A DNA stretch of 64,000 bases from the human T2T-CHM13v2.0 reference genome, Homo sapiens. This document shows, one piece after another, positions 20,065 through 33,270 of this stretch. The stretch's first letter is position 1. Each line of letters starts with the position of its first letter. Both the position numbers and the translations under genes were made by a program. The notes under the pieces were generated by a model that was not told where the DNA came from, made no database searches, and saw nothing but the letters and a program-made list of their open reading frames with translations. The stretch lies in NCBI RefSeq assembly GCF_009914755.1, contig NC_060930.1. The stretch is one strand, 5' to 3'.

Positions 20065-21878
20065 CTTCTGTAAGTAACCTGGTCTTTCTCTCTGGCTGCC
20101 CTTAACATTTTTTCCTTCATTTCAACCTTGGTGAATTTGATGATTATGTATCTTGGGATTGCTCTTCTCGAGGAGTATCTTTGTAGTGTTCTCTGTATTT
20201 CCTGAATTTGAATGTTGGCCTGTCTTGCTAGGCTGGGGAAGTTCTTCTGGATAATATCCTGAAAAGTGTTTTCCAACTTGGTTCCATTCTCCCCATCACT
20301 TTCAGGTACACCAATCAAACATAGGTTTGATCTCTTCACATAGTCCATATTTCTTGGAGGCTTTGTTCATTCCTTTTCATTCTTTTTTCTCTAATCTTGT
20401 CTTCAGGCTTTATTTCATTAAGTTGATCTTGAATCTCTAATATCCTTTATTCCTCTTGATCAATTTGGCTATTGATATTTGTGTATGCTTCACACAGTTC
20501 TTGTTCCATGCTTTTCAGCTCCATCAGGTTATTTATGTTCTTCTCTAAACTGGTTATTCTAGTTAGGAATTCCTCTAACCTTTTTTCAAGGTTCTTAGCT
20601 TCCTTGCATTGGGTTAGAACATGCTCCTTTAGCTCAAAGGAGTTTATTATTACCCACCTTCCAAAGCCTATTTCTGTCAATTCGTCAAACTCATTTTCCA
20701 TCCAGTTTTGCTCCCTTGCTGGTGAGGACTTGTGATCCTTTGGAGAAGAAGAGGCATTCTGGTTTTTGGAATTTTTCAGCCTTTTTGCGCTGGTTTTTCC
20801 TCATCTTCATGGATTTATCCACCTTTGGTCTTTGATGTTGGTGACCTTTGGATGGGGTTTTTGCATGGACTTTTTTTTTTTTGATATTGATGCTATTCCT
20901 TTTGTTTGTTAGTTTTCCTTCTAACAGTCCGGCCCCTCTGCTACAGGTCTGCTGGAGTTTGCTGGAGGTCCACTCCAGACCCTGTTTGCCTGGGTATCAC
21001 CAGCAGAGGCTGCAGAACAGCAAAGATTGCTACCTGTTCTTTCCTCTGGAAGCTTCATCCCAGAGGGGCACCCACCAGATGCTACCTTTATGAGGTGTCT
21101 GTTGACCCCTGCTGGGGGGTGTCTCCCAGTCAGGAGGCACGGGGTTCAGGGACCCACTTGTGGAGGCAGTCTGTCCCTTGGTAGAGCTTCAGCACTGTGC
21201 TGGGAGATCTGCTGCTCTCTTCAGAGCCAGCAAGCAGGACCATTTAAGTCTGCTGAAGCTGTGCCCACAGCTGCCCCTTCCCCCAGGTGCTCTGTCCCAG
21301 AAAGATGGGAGTTTTATCTATAAGCCCCTGACTGTGGCCGCTGGCTTTCTTTCAGAGATGCACTCCCCAGAGAAGAGAAATCTAGAGAGGTAGTCTGGTT
21401 ACAGCAGCTTTGTGGAGCTGCAGTTAGCTCCGCCCAGTTCGAACTTCCTGGAGGCTTTGTTTACACTGTGAGGGGAAAACCACCTATTCAAGGCTCAGTA
21501 ATGGTGGATGCCCCTCCTCCTACCAAGCTGTAGCATCCCAGGTTGACTTCAGCCTGCTGTGCTGGGATTGAGAATTCCAAGCCAGTGGATCTGAGCTTGC
21601 TGGGCTCCATGGGGGTGGAATTCACTGAGCTAGATCACTTGGCTCCCTGGCTTCAGCCCACTTACCAGGTAAGTGTACAGTTCTGTCTCGTTTGCATTTG
21701 AGGCACTACTGTATTATGAAAAAAAAAAAAAACTCCTGCAGCTAGCTTGGTGTCTGCCCAAACAGCCCCCTAGTTTTGTGCTTGTAACCCAGGGCCCTGG
21801 TCATGTAGGCACCCAAGGGAATCTCCTGGTCTGCAGGTTGCAAAGACCATGGGAAAAGCATAGTATCTGAGCCAGAAT

Positions 21879-21938
21879 GCACAGTTCCTCATGGCACAGT
21901 TCCTCATGGCACAGTTCCTCACGGCACAGTACCTCATG
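21879..21938. repeat. 15-bp tandem repeat x4 (GCACAGTTCCTCATG) in the L1 5'UTR
   Basis: Units start at 21879, 21894, 21909 and 21924. Confidence 0.9.
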
Positions 21939-22149
21939 GCTTCCCTTGGCTAGGGGAGGGAGTTCCCTGACCTTTTGCACTTTCTGGGTAAGGCAAGGCC
22001 CCACCCTGCTTTGATGCTCCCTCCATGGGCTGCACCCACTGTCTAACCAGTCCCAATGAGATGAGCCAGGTACCTCAATTTGAAATGCAGAAATCACCCG
22101 CCTTCCACCTTGATCTCTCTGGGAGCTGCAGACCAGAGTTGTTCCTATT

Positions 22150-22160
22150 CGGCCATCTTG
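22150..22160 (-). promoter_or_regulatory. YY1 site of the L1 internal promoter
   Basis: CAAGATGGCCG at the L1 5' end, the established L1 YY1 element. Confidence 0.75.
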
Positions 22161-22170
22161 CCAGCCACCC

Positions 22171-22312
22171 TGATTTGCAATTCTCTGATGACTAATAATC
22201 ACGAGCTTTTTTTCATCATGATGATGATGATGATGATGATTTTTTTGCTGCTTGTATGTCTGGATGTCTTCTTTTGAGAGGTGTGTGTTCATGTTTTTTG
22301 CCCATTTTTTAA
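22171..22312 (-). mobile_element. Continuation of the older host L1 ORF2, with a (GAT)n microsatellite at about 22218-22240
   Basis: Encodes KKWAKNMNTHLSKED; contiguous in the L1 consensus with the segment ending at 15630. Confidence 0.85.
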
Positions 22313-22820
22313 GACACATAACCTTTATGGGACAGAATAGGGAACCCATAAAAAAAACTGCACACCTACAACCATCTAATCTTCAACAAAGCTGACAAAA
22401 ATAAGCAATGGGGAAACTGCTTCCTATTCAGTAAGTAGTGCTAGGACAACTGGCTAGTCATATGCAGAAGATTGAAACTAGACCCTTACCTTTCATCATA
22501 TACAAAAATTAACTCAAAATGCATTAAATATTTAAATATATGACTTCAAACTATAAAAATCCCAGAAGAAAACCTTGTCAAAATCAGCATAAAATTCATC
22601 AGCAAAAATTTTTGGCTAAGTCCTCAAAAGCAATTGCAACAAAAGCAAAAATTGACAAGTGGGTCCTAATTAAACTAAAGTGTTTCTGTGTAACAAAAGC
22701 AACTATCAGCAGAGTAAACAGACAACCTATAGAATGGGAGAAGATGTTCACAAAGTATATACTCAGCAAAAGTCTAATATCTAGAGGCTATAAGGAACTT
22801 AAATCAAAAAGCAAAAAATG
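22313..22820 (+). mobile_element. Inverted 5' segment of the older host L1 (twin priming)
   Basis: Plus-strand ORF2 fragment ([12 protein letters not shown]...YKELK) whose 3' end abuts, in the consensus, the start of the minus-strand segment. Confidence 0.88.
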
Positions 22821-25800
22821 AATTTTCATTTCCACATCCTGGCAGGGAATACAGAAGCAGGGATGACATCTCTGGCCATAGTGAGCAGCATTAATATTTT
22901 TTAGCATCTAAAGGAGGATGTTAGACTGCATGTAAATCAAGTGATAAAGCTGCACTAAAGATGAATTTTGAACAGGTTCACAAACAAGAATCAAAGTTGA
23001 AGGCTCACTCTAAATAAGTGACTGTATTGCTGCAACCTCATGTGGTACATAGAAGAACTTTAGCCAAGGCTTGGAAAAGAGAAATACAGCTGGAACCAGA
23101 AGAAAGATTATTCCATTAGCATGTCTGTAAAATTTTTTCACAAGGTTTATGTTGAAAAGAAACTCTAAACTTAGGTTAGAACACTACTGTATTGTTTTTA
23201 GGGATTATTTGTTGTTTATTTGTATTTTTCTTAAGTAAATAACACTGGAAAGTATATATATTCCTGATTTTTGAATTTGGATTTGATCATTTTCAATGAT
23301 TTTTGAGGTCCCAAGTTCAGTTGCCATTATTTCTAGAATTCGAACAACAAAGTGTGTTCTATCTGACTATTTCAGTCAAGTGTTTGGTATACAAAGTGAA
23401 CAGACCGACATGGAAATTGGTCTATAAGCAATATTTATTTCTGATCTCATGTGTTATTAAAACACAAGTAAATGTGCGCGCGCACACACACACACCCTAC
23501 TTATAGCAGAGTAGGTTGCCATTAAATTTAGTCTGGGAAACTAATATAATCACTTTTACCATAGTTTTAGATCTTGGAACCATATCTAATACTAAGCATT
23601 TAAACTTGGAACTGAAGGCAGACAGAAAGAAAGAAATCATATTCTGAATTTATTTGCATCTTCTTGGCTAGACTAAGACGCTGTACTTCTCTGCCAAACA
23701 GAGTGATAGCAAGTGGATGATTCTAGGGCTCCTCCACACTTTCTTATTTTCTAATGTACCAACTATTAATCATATGAAATTCCAGTTTAGATTATCCAAA
23801 ATCCCTAGTGTACTGAATCTTTAATATGGTCTTTTGATAATATAGATACTAAGTGAAGTAAGGATGCCTCTGGGATGAAAGTCGTGCATGCTCATTGACT
23901 TCTGGAAACTGCCTTCACAGCAGCACTACTTTGTACACTGTATCCTTTCAAACTGTCCCAAGTTAGCAGCTGCCTCATTGAAAGTGGTGTATCCATGAGA
24001 ATATTCTTTCTAATGGAGGAGAGGTCCGATACAGTGCAGTACACACCATTAACAATAAATAATCATGATTCCACTTTGGGATAAATTCTGCTACCATGTA
24101 TTAAACATTATGAAAATATCTTTATCATAAGCTTTGTGTTATGGTTGTTTTAAAGAAAGCAGCTTTTCTGCTCTGTACAGTTCAGCTTTCAAGAAGGTGA
24201 AACCTTTACTTCCTCTCTCAAACAAATAAACAGTAGAGTGTTATGTGAGAGTTGGTGCCTAACAATTTCTGTTTATGGTAAAATTTGCTTTAATAAAATG
24301 TGTTCTTCAATTTTAAAATGCTTTTACATGCTGCTTGACAAGAATCCTTGTGATCCACATCTGAGAAATGAGGGAGCAAACAATTTCAGATTCTGTCTTC
24401 CCCTCTGTGGCAGTTTTGCAGGAGGGGAAATGTAACCTCTGGGGTGTATGGTAACAAGATTTTCATTTTGTACTATAAATCTCCCTAAAAGAAAGGGATC
24501 AAAGATTGTTTAAGCAAAAGATTGTCCTAATTTTCATCCTAAATATGAAATTTCTGAATATAGAATATTTGTCATTTAATTGCAAAAGTATATGATAAGA
24601 AACATCAAAATAGCAGCTAACTAAAAAAAATTTGAAAAGCAGGGAAACCAAAACATTTTCAGTTTTACTCAATGTAAGTATAATGCAGTTTTAGATTTTG
24701 AAATATCAATGTATCTATACATGAATTCGACCCACATACTATTATAAAAATATGTTGAGATTACTTTAATATTTAATTAAATCTTGTTTGGGTTGGTAAA
24801 TTAAAAAGTCAATGAGGAATGCTTCAAGTTCTAAGTTAGACTTACAAATGGTTATAGTTTTGGAACTAGCTGAAATTAATGATGAGTTGGAAACGAGGAA
24901 TATTGGTATATATTTTACTGTCTTATCTTAGAGAAGTTTAGGCAAATAAAGCTGTTGTAATTCTAAAATGTCCTAGAGTATAACTGAATCAAATTTATGT
25001 ACCACATTTGACAGTCATAATCTTCCCTTGAAGTTCCACAGGTTGCTTGTTTAGCAATACCCCTTTTAGCCTAATCCACTCCTCACTCACCACCACTTCT
25101 TCTAGCCCCACTCTTGCCCACTTTCCACAGCCATCATCTAAACACAAACCAAAGGTCTCCTGGAAATAACTGCTACAAAATATAACTTGTTAACATTGTA
25201 ACTAGCATTGCTATAAGTCTTGATAATAAAGTTTAATTTTTAGAGAAATTATATGATATAATAAGTGTAATGAACATTATATATAAGAATGATACAATTT
25301 CTTCCAAAATATCAATTTCTTACTGATTGCACACTATGCAGGTACCTAAATTTATTGCATTAGCCAGAAAACGAAAATCAATGGGAGTGTGAAAGGAAAG
25401 GAGGATGGTGTTTACTGTTCTACAAGGTAGAGACTTAGTGTTCTTGATTACAGGACTATTCTCTGCTTCAGGATCAATGTCCACTCCTAGGGCATAATAC
25501 ACTAAAACCCTGTATTAACCTTCTGACAATTATTGACATACTTTCTGATTACAGTAGTTCTTCTGCTAAAAACATGACTATAATTCCCAGAGTCTGCTAT
25601 TTTTTCCTTCCTCCTTTGAGAGGGCTTCCCAGTGTGCCTTCATTTTTGGAAAGAGGATGGTGACAGGTTAGGAAAAATGTTTCTTGGGCTCTTTGAGGAC
25701 TTTCAGCACAAATCTGTACTCCTCCCTATGTCAATTTTCTCCTACTGCCCCACCCTCATTCTCTTCTTGGCTCCATTCCCAGTCCTATCCTATTCCCACT

Positions 25801-26188
25801 TCATTTGAGTTTGCAAGTTGTACATAAAATTTCATATGCCTTTAATTTTCTTAGCTGATACTTTTACAGCTATGGCATTATGCAAATTTAGATAGTTTTA
25901 AAAAATGTTTACCATAATTCATGTATTTTGCAGCAGTGAACATGAGTTAACACTGTATATTCCAAATGGAGCATTCAATTAACCATTATTTATTTAGCTT
26001 TTCCTATCCTAATGCAAGTAACATAAGAAAAAATATCATGGCATAATCTGGGGCATGTGCAAACAAATATTAAAGAAAATATTTTTGTAATGGATCAAAA
26101 ATTACATGTCACATAACAACACTGCTATAATACAGTTACTTGAATTAGTTTGGTTTCTTTTAATGTCATATTTAAAAATTCCTTTGTT

Positions 26189-26440
26189 GAGTAATTACTG
26201 TATGATCCCATTTATATGAGATGCAAGAACCAGCATATTTAATCTATAGTAACAGAAATTAGAAGAGCTGTTTATGGGGATTGGAGATTAAATGCAAGTG
26301 TTCAGGAGGGAACTTTCTGGGGTGGTGGGAATGTTCATTATTTTTATTGGTTACACAGATAAACATGTATGTTAAAACTTATTGAATCATATACATAAAA
26401 TCAGTATATTTCACTCTGTAAATTGTACCCTATTAAAATA
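26189..26440 (+). mobile_element. Ancient L1M (L1ME/MC-type) 3' end fragment
   Basis: tactgtatgatcccatttatatga...gagggaactttctggggtggtgggaatgttc...tgtaaattgtacc. Confidence 0.7.
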
Positions 26441-27129
26441 TAAAAATTTCATTAACTAATATTAATTTGTCAAAGTATCAGTTGAGTATCTTCTTCCACC
26501 ATGTTTTGTGTTTTTAATTGTTTTAGCCATTTTCAAAACAGTAGAAAATTTTCTTCTCTTTACTTAGATTTGAAACAATAATTTTATTGGATGTAGTATT
26601 TCTCTTTATTTTATTTAAAATAACCAATTAATGTAACTGTATATATTTCTTAAGATACATTCCAGGTAGAACATATTGCTTTTTCAATAGTACTTTTTTC
26701 CACCTCTCACTATTTTGCTATCTTGGCAGTGTCTGATAGCACTCCTTTGATTTCCTCTCACACACAGAAAATGTGCCCAGCACATTAGATAATCAAATAT
26801 TCCATGTTGAATAGTCACATGTCAGTCTCAAGCAAATAGTAGTCATTCTGGGTAGCTTGCTATTATATTTTTAATCAAGAATTTTCTGCAATTCTTTTGT
26901 AATATGTATCTTGGAAAGATACAAAGGAATTGCAGAAAAATTTCCCAGAGAGGCATCTTGGAAAATCATATTCCGAATAAGTATTAGTAAACAAATATGA
27001 CTATATTTGAGACACATATGAGGTGCTAAGTATAGAGGACATTGTTTTTAAAACCATTTCACGGTAAAGACAAAGCCACAGTTGCCTTAAACTTCTGTGA
27101 TGATCCCAAAATCATGGTGGTTATAGTGC

Positions 27130-27310
27130 TAACTCTAGGCCATTCATTTACTGAGCTCTTTTAAATATGTTATTGCATTAATCTTCTGGATGGCTAAGGG
27201 AGATATATATTGTTATATTTATTATAAAAAAATAGGAAACTGAATCACAGAGAAGTTAATCAATGTGGCTTGGTTTTTAATAGTCCTTTTAGTAGAGCTA
27301 CAATTAGAGT
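27130..27310 (-). mobile_element. MIR SINE fragment
   Basis: Core-like aggaaactgaatcacagagaagttaa. Confidence 0.55.
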
Positions 27311-28749
27311 ACAAGTCCTCTAAAGAATCCTCATGAATAATGGATCCATGTTTGTGGAAATTAAAGTGCAGACATCTGAAAAGTCCTGCTCACCTCATCC
27401 TGCTAACTGCCTCTTGAAGTCTTTCTATTTGGTCACATAAAAGCAAACAGTAAAGCATCTGCAAAGAGATAGCTTGAGGTCAATTATTGCAGAGAAAGGA
27501 GAAGCATAAGGACCCTAGAAAGAGATAAGAAAAGTTTATTTGAAAAAGCAGAAGTGGTTTTGGGATTCGGCACACCATTTTATCTTAATTATTCATGTAG
27601 AATTTTCTTAGTGGAACCTGGGTGTTTGGCAAGGTGTTCATATATAGTGGGAGAAACAATGAAGTTCTTAATGACAGCCTTACTTGTGGGACCTTATAGT
27701 CAAGTTGAAGAGAGATGTCTGGATAATATTAAAAAGTAACTAATACTCATAGTAAAAAGCAATTATGGATTAGTATCACATAGATCATAGTTTTCCAGGA
27801 ATTCTCAGGAGGGAAATATTTTTGGGGATAGAAAGTCCACAGAAGGTTGAACTTCGAGGGAGGCTACATGTACAAGGAAAAGATTAGGATTTTAAAGTAG
27901 ATTGGGAATGAAAGAAGAGAACATGTAGGGGAGTGGAAAGGAAGATGTGAGATTACAGTACCTGTTTTTCTTGAAAACTCTGAGTCACCTCTGGGTAGCA
28001 ATAACAGAAAACTTTCCTTTTCCTAAGATCTGGGAATGTGATTGTTGTTTTAATTCTGCTCAGGGGAATTAGCATGTGTTTGTAAAGCTTATTAGAGGTG
28101 CATGTACGTGGGGAAAACAAAATGAAACACTGTGTTGACAAGAGCTGTCTGTAAATGTCTAGTTTTGGACTGTCTCCATTCTTCTTGACTTCATAATTCT
28201 GGCATATGCAACTCAGGTCAGAAAACATTACTAAAAGTAATGTTTAATTACTTAATATTTTATTAAGTAAAATGATAAAAATTCTATGTGAAAAAATGGG
28301 GGTAGCCTCCTTTTAAATTATTTGCATAGTATATTTAGAAGACTATTAATATTTTTTATGAAAAAATATTTAGGTTCTTATTTAAAAGGTAGTGTGGAAA
28401 AGTAGAGAAAAAAGAAAACTAATAATTACCCACAACATTTGTCTTCAAACACAACCTCTGTTAAAATTTTTTTGAACGTCTCTCCAGTCTTCTTTCCCTA
28501 TAAAGAAAAATTTAGAGTACTAAGATAGGAATAGATTTATTTTTGGAAACTATATATTTGTCTGACTAAAGTAATCTATGTACAAGGAAAGAATAAAAAC
28601 AATTTCAACTTTTTTTATAATTCTCCTATATGGAGCTATGAAGATATCTATGTCTTCGTACACAGAAAAATCTTTGGAAAAGTTTATACCAAACTATTAA
28701 CAGTGATTTTCTACCAAGAGAAGGAGTTTGGTATAGGGAGATAGGAAAT

Positions 28750-28792
28750 ATGTGTGTACACACACACACACATACACACACAGGCACACACA
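28750..28792. repeat. Imperfect (CA)n microsatellite
   Basis: Read directly from the sequence. Confidence 0.85.
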
Positions 28793-29155
28793 AACCCCCT
28801 TCTTATTGGAAGCATCACATACTACTTGTGAAGTTAAAAAAAAAAGATCAAAAGCTAGCACCGGAGCCCTTTATTGTGAATTCTTTTTTTGACTTAACAG
28901 TTTTATATGAAAATAAAATTAATAACTAAATATTTTATAGTACATAAACATATAAAAATAATTTTATCCAAGTGTCTTAACTAAGAGCAAGTTAGGGTAA
29001 ATGGAAAATATTCTTTGGTAGAGTAATACCCACATCATTGCCTGTCTGCATTGAATGTTAGCTTCCACTAACATAGCAAGGTCATTAATTTGAAAAAGTT
29101 GAATGTAAAGTGAGTTTGGATTCATAGGAGTTTACATTATGGCTAAAAATATTAA

Positions 29156-29556
<401 letters not shown>

Positions 29557-29592
29557 GTAACATTTTTATTAGGTAGAGAAATGATGAGGATA

Positions 29593-29768
29593 AGGTGGTT
29601 GTTAGCCAAAGATGATTTTGCCTACCAGAGTACTTTGGCGATGTCTGGCAATATTTTTGGTTGCCACAACTGTGGGAGGGTGCTACTGGCATCTAGTGTG
29701 CAGATGTCAAGGCAACTGCTAATCATCTTATAATGCACAAGACAGTCCCCACAGCAAAGAATTATCTG
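29593..29768 (+). mobile_element. MER20 (hAT-Charlie) DNA transposon, 3'-truncated
   Basis: tttggcgatgtctggcaatatttttggttgccacaactg...tgctactggcatctagtg...aaagaattatc matches the recalled MER20 consensus. Confidence 0.85.
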
Positions 29769-30109
29769 TTCATAAGGAATTATCTCCTCATAGCCAATTT
29801 AACTATACTTTATTATCTTGATTTTTAAATGTTTTCTTGTACTTTCTTTTTTGTTTTAATATAGTTTTAGTTAGAGTTATTGTTAAAATTTCAGGCTTTT
29901 AAATGCATATTTTAAAATAAAAATATGTGTAATATAGGCATGGGAGTGACAAGTTAGAACTCACCCACACCATAATTCCAACTGTAAATTAACACAACTA
30001 TGGGAATATATATATACATATATATATATAGTTTTAAAATATACATGCCTTTGACTTAGACTCATCAATATTTTAATTTTAAACCTTTATTATACAATCT
30101 GTTGAGTAT

Positions 30110-30900
30110 CCTGCTTCAATCTAGGTTGGTTACTGCCAAGAACTGATATACAGTTGTCTTCCTGAGACATCTTTCGGTCACTTTTCTAGGCGGAATCCAC
30201 TGTTCCCTAAATCTTGTATCTTTCTCTTTTAGGTTAACCCTCTTATTTTGGTGATATGTGTATTCTAGCATCTTCTTAATAAATTTTGTTAAATTTTCTG
30301 ATTTCTTTCTTGTCCCAAAATGTCTTTACAATAACATAATAATTGATTGATTTTTTTTTTGGTCCTTCATAACCATTCCTGCAAGCTTTTAGAATCTTTT
30401 CACTTGATGGACTTCCTATTCTGCAGTTTGTATCCTTTGGGCCTCGGAAAGTTTCCCATGACTTCTTTGAAATAATGCAACCTCTATTTTCTCTTGTATC
30501 TCTTTTTGAAACTTTATTGTTTGGATATAGGACTTCCTATGTTAGGTCTCTTATATGAATCTTTTATGGCCCTAAGTTTGACCTCTTTGCATTTTTTATT
30601 CTATCTTCTGCAAAATTTCCTTAATGTTATTTTGCAACACACCTATGGAAATTTTTATTGTTGTAATTGCTCTGAATTTTTAAAAGTTCATTCTTAATAT
30701 CTTTTTAATATCCTCTTTTGTATATCTTTCCTTTCTATGGATGCAATATTAGCCTAATTAGAAAGTTTTGATCTTCCCAGGTCATCTTTTACTCTTGTTT
30801 AGTCTGAATTTTCTTATAAATTGGTGGTTTTTTTCTAAATGTATGATCATATATTTGTTTCTTCATTTATCAAAGAATGATGTTTAAGAAGGTTATTGTG
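30110..30900 (-). mobile_element. Highly diverged L1M fragment
   Basis: T-rich sequence resembling antisense ORF1/5' region; boundaries approximate. Confidence 0.4.
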
Positions 30901-33045
30901 GGCTTCATATGTGTTGGCGAGGCATTTGAGTTGATGGGCTTTGCCTTCACATGGGTTGCTGGCTATGCATGTGGGGGATTTCTAAAGTGACAGAATAGTG
31001 AATTCTGTCCTCTCAGCCATTTACGAGAAGTAAAAATATAGCTGCTGTGGTCTTCATGGAAAAGAGTGGAGAAGGGATATCGCCCTTATTTTTCTCTACT
31101 CTTAGAGAGTGCCTGGCCTAGAAAGGCATGCAACAATTAGTTCAAAGAAACTTGTTACATAAAGCAACAGCTTCAGCTGTCTTTTGGGATCAATTCACTG
31201 GCACAATTAAGTGAAAGGCCTAGGTTTCTACAGGTCCATAAGTCTCCTGAGCCACTTAATATCTGCAACACTCACATACATACTTTAACCTGTGGATTTA
31301 CTGCAATTGGTACTCTCCTTCCTCCATCCATCTTTGAGAAGAAGGCTAATGTTTGAGAAGGAGAATTTGAGGATGTTAATATAATGCAATAAATATTAGG
31401 TAAAAGTTCCAGAGAAGGAAAATTTAAGGTAATATGAAAATAAGTTGAAGCCAACTTGCATGGACGTGAAAATTTTCATGATAAATAGAGATTAACAATG
31501 CATAAGTGTTGTTTTTCATTGAAAATGACAGCTACTACTAAAGCATTTGTTTTAGGTACTTAGCTAGGGAATCAGGCTGCTTATCTGGGGCATAAATGAT
31601 AGGTTACAGGAATGAGTGGTAGGCAAGTAAACCAAAAGACTACGAAAAAACTCCTCAAACATCGAGAAAATCAGTTGATTGGTTTTATAATTTAGTTGTG
31701 AACAAAGTAGTTATAGTTTTGGAGTGGTATTTGGAATTTGGGAAGACAGGGCAGAATTATAACAGAGGTTACATTCATAGAGATTCAGGGCTCTGGTTCC
31801 TTGGGTCAGACAAACCTTCGATCCAGTACCCTGGATAGCTCCCAGGGATGGCAGTTGTTCTAAAGTCTTGAAGTTTCCATTGGATCCTCTCAGATGATGG
31901 AATTCTCTCCACATTCTCTACTTAGTCACCAGGAATCAGGTTATCACCCTCATTTCACTTATGAGCTTTTGCTTTTCTCATCAAATTTGAAAGACTGTAT
32001 CTTTAGGACTGACCTTAAACTCTACAGAGTATCCAAAAACTTTAGCAAGCTTGCTGGGGAAGAGAAAGTGTATATTCTTCAAATCATGTAATTATTTATC
32101 TTCTAGAGTTTCTATTATTTGGTGGTTAGGGATATAAATAATCAGCTCATGGAAAATGTACTCAATCTTACTTAAAATTAAACAAATGTGAACTAAAGCT
32201 ACATTCATTTTTTTGTTCATCTCTTTGGGAGACATGCAGATAATACTATCTGCTAACTGGGAAGGTTTGGGGAAACAAGTCCTTATATGCAGTCAAGGTC
32301 ATGAATTTCAGTTAATAAAAGATAATTTGGATATTCACATGTATAAATATAGATTGAATCAGTAATTATAGGATTCTAAATTATAGAAATGATTAGAAAA
32401 TATATAAAAAGAAATATAGATATAAACATTAATTACAGGTTTTTAAATTATTTTCAAAATCTTAAATTACCCTCTAAACAGAGTATTGCTTTAAAAAATC
32501 ATGGCATATTCAAAAAATATTAAATATCTAAGCATTTAGATATATAACTATAAAATAGACATAGAAAGATACTAAGGTAAAATCATTCATAATTTGTTTG
32601 AAAACATAATATTTTGTGTGAAAACTACAAAACACACACATATACCTATTGTATATATTTGTAATTAGGAAGAAGACTTAAATGATGTTCAACAAAATTG
32701 AAACAGTGCATTTTTATGGTAAGCTCTGTATGATATTTACTTTCTTTATTGAGCATATGTGCAATTTTCAAATTTTCTGCAATAATCACATATTAATTTT
32801 GAAGTAAATACTTTAGAAATGAGTATTTTATTTATATCAGCAACTTATTGTCTTCTTTAAAACATGCTGATTATCTACTGTGTTCTAGGCACTGGATTGG
32901 GAATCAGCAGCAGTGATATGGTTCTTGAAGTTATAGAATTCACCATCTAAGAGAAGGCAGCAAAGAAGAGAAAACAAAAATAGCACAATAAAATATATAA
33001 CAAAAAATTATAAACTCTATTGTGGACATGTAATAAGAGCAATGA

Positions 33046-33270
33046 CCAATGGTGTGCTGCTAGAAGTTTAATAGGCTTTCAAAAATGGATGAATAAATGA
33101 ATGAATAATAAGAGCCCAGATTTGTAAAATTTTCTAACGTATGTGATTTAAATACTTTCACATTGGCCAATTTCAAGCTACCAATGTGTGGCTACGGAAT
33201 ATGGCATTGAAAATAAATGCCCACAGTTGGCTTTGGTAAGCCAGCATCAGCTGTCTCCAGCACACTACTA
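33046..33270 (-). mobile_element. MER63A-like (hAT-Blackjack) element, probably inside an L2 remnant
   Basis: TIR-like ends caatggtgtgctg / cagcacactact; internal ggccaatttcaagctaccaa. Confidence 0.75.

Noticed and set aside
21879-21938. CRISPR-like array
   Set aside because: Head-to-tail 15-mers with no spacers, in human L1 sequence.
21801-22349. 182-aa ORF with poly-His and ELCHE repeats
   Set aside because: Chimeric read-through of a (GAT)n microsatellite, an L1 junction and a minisatellite; no sign of being a gene.
32200-32810. Possible ancient plus-strand L1ME fragment
   Set aside because: Similarity too weak to call by eye.
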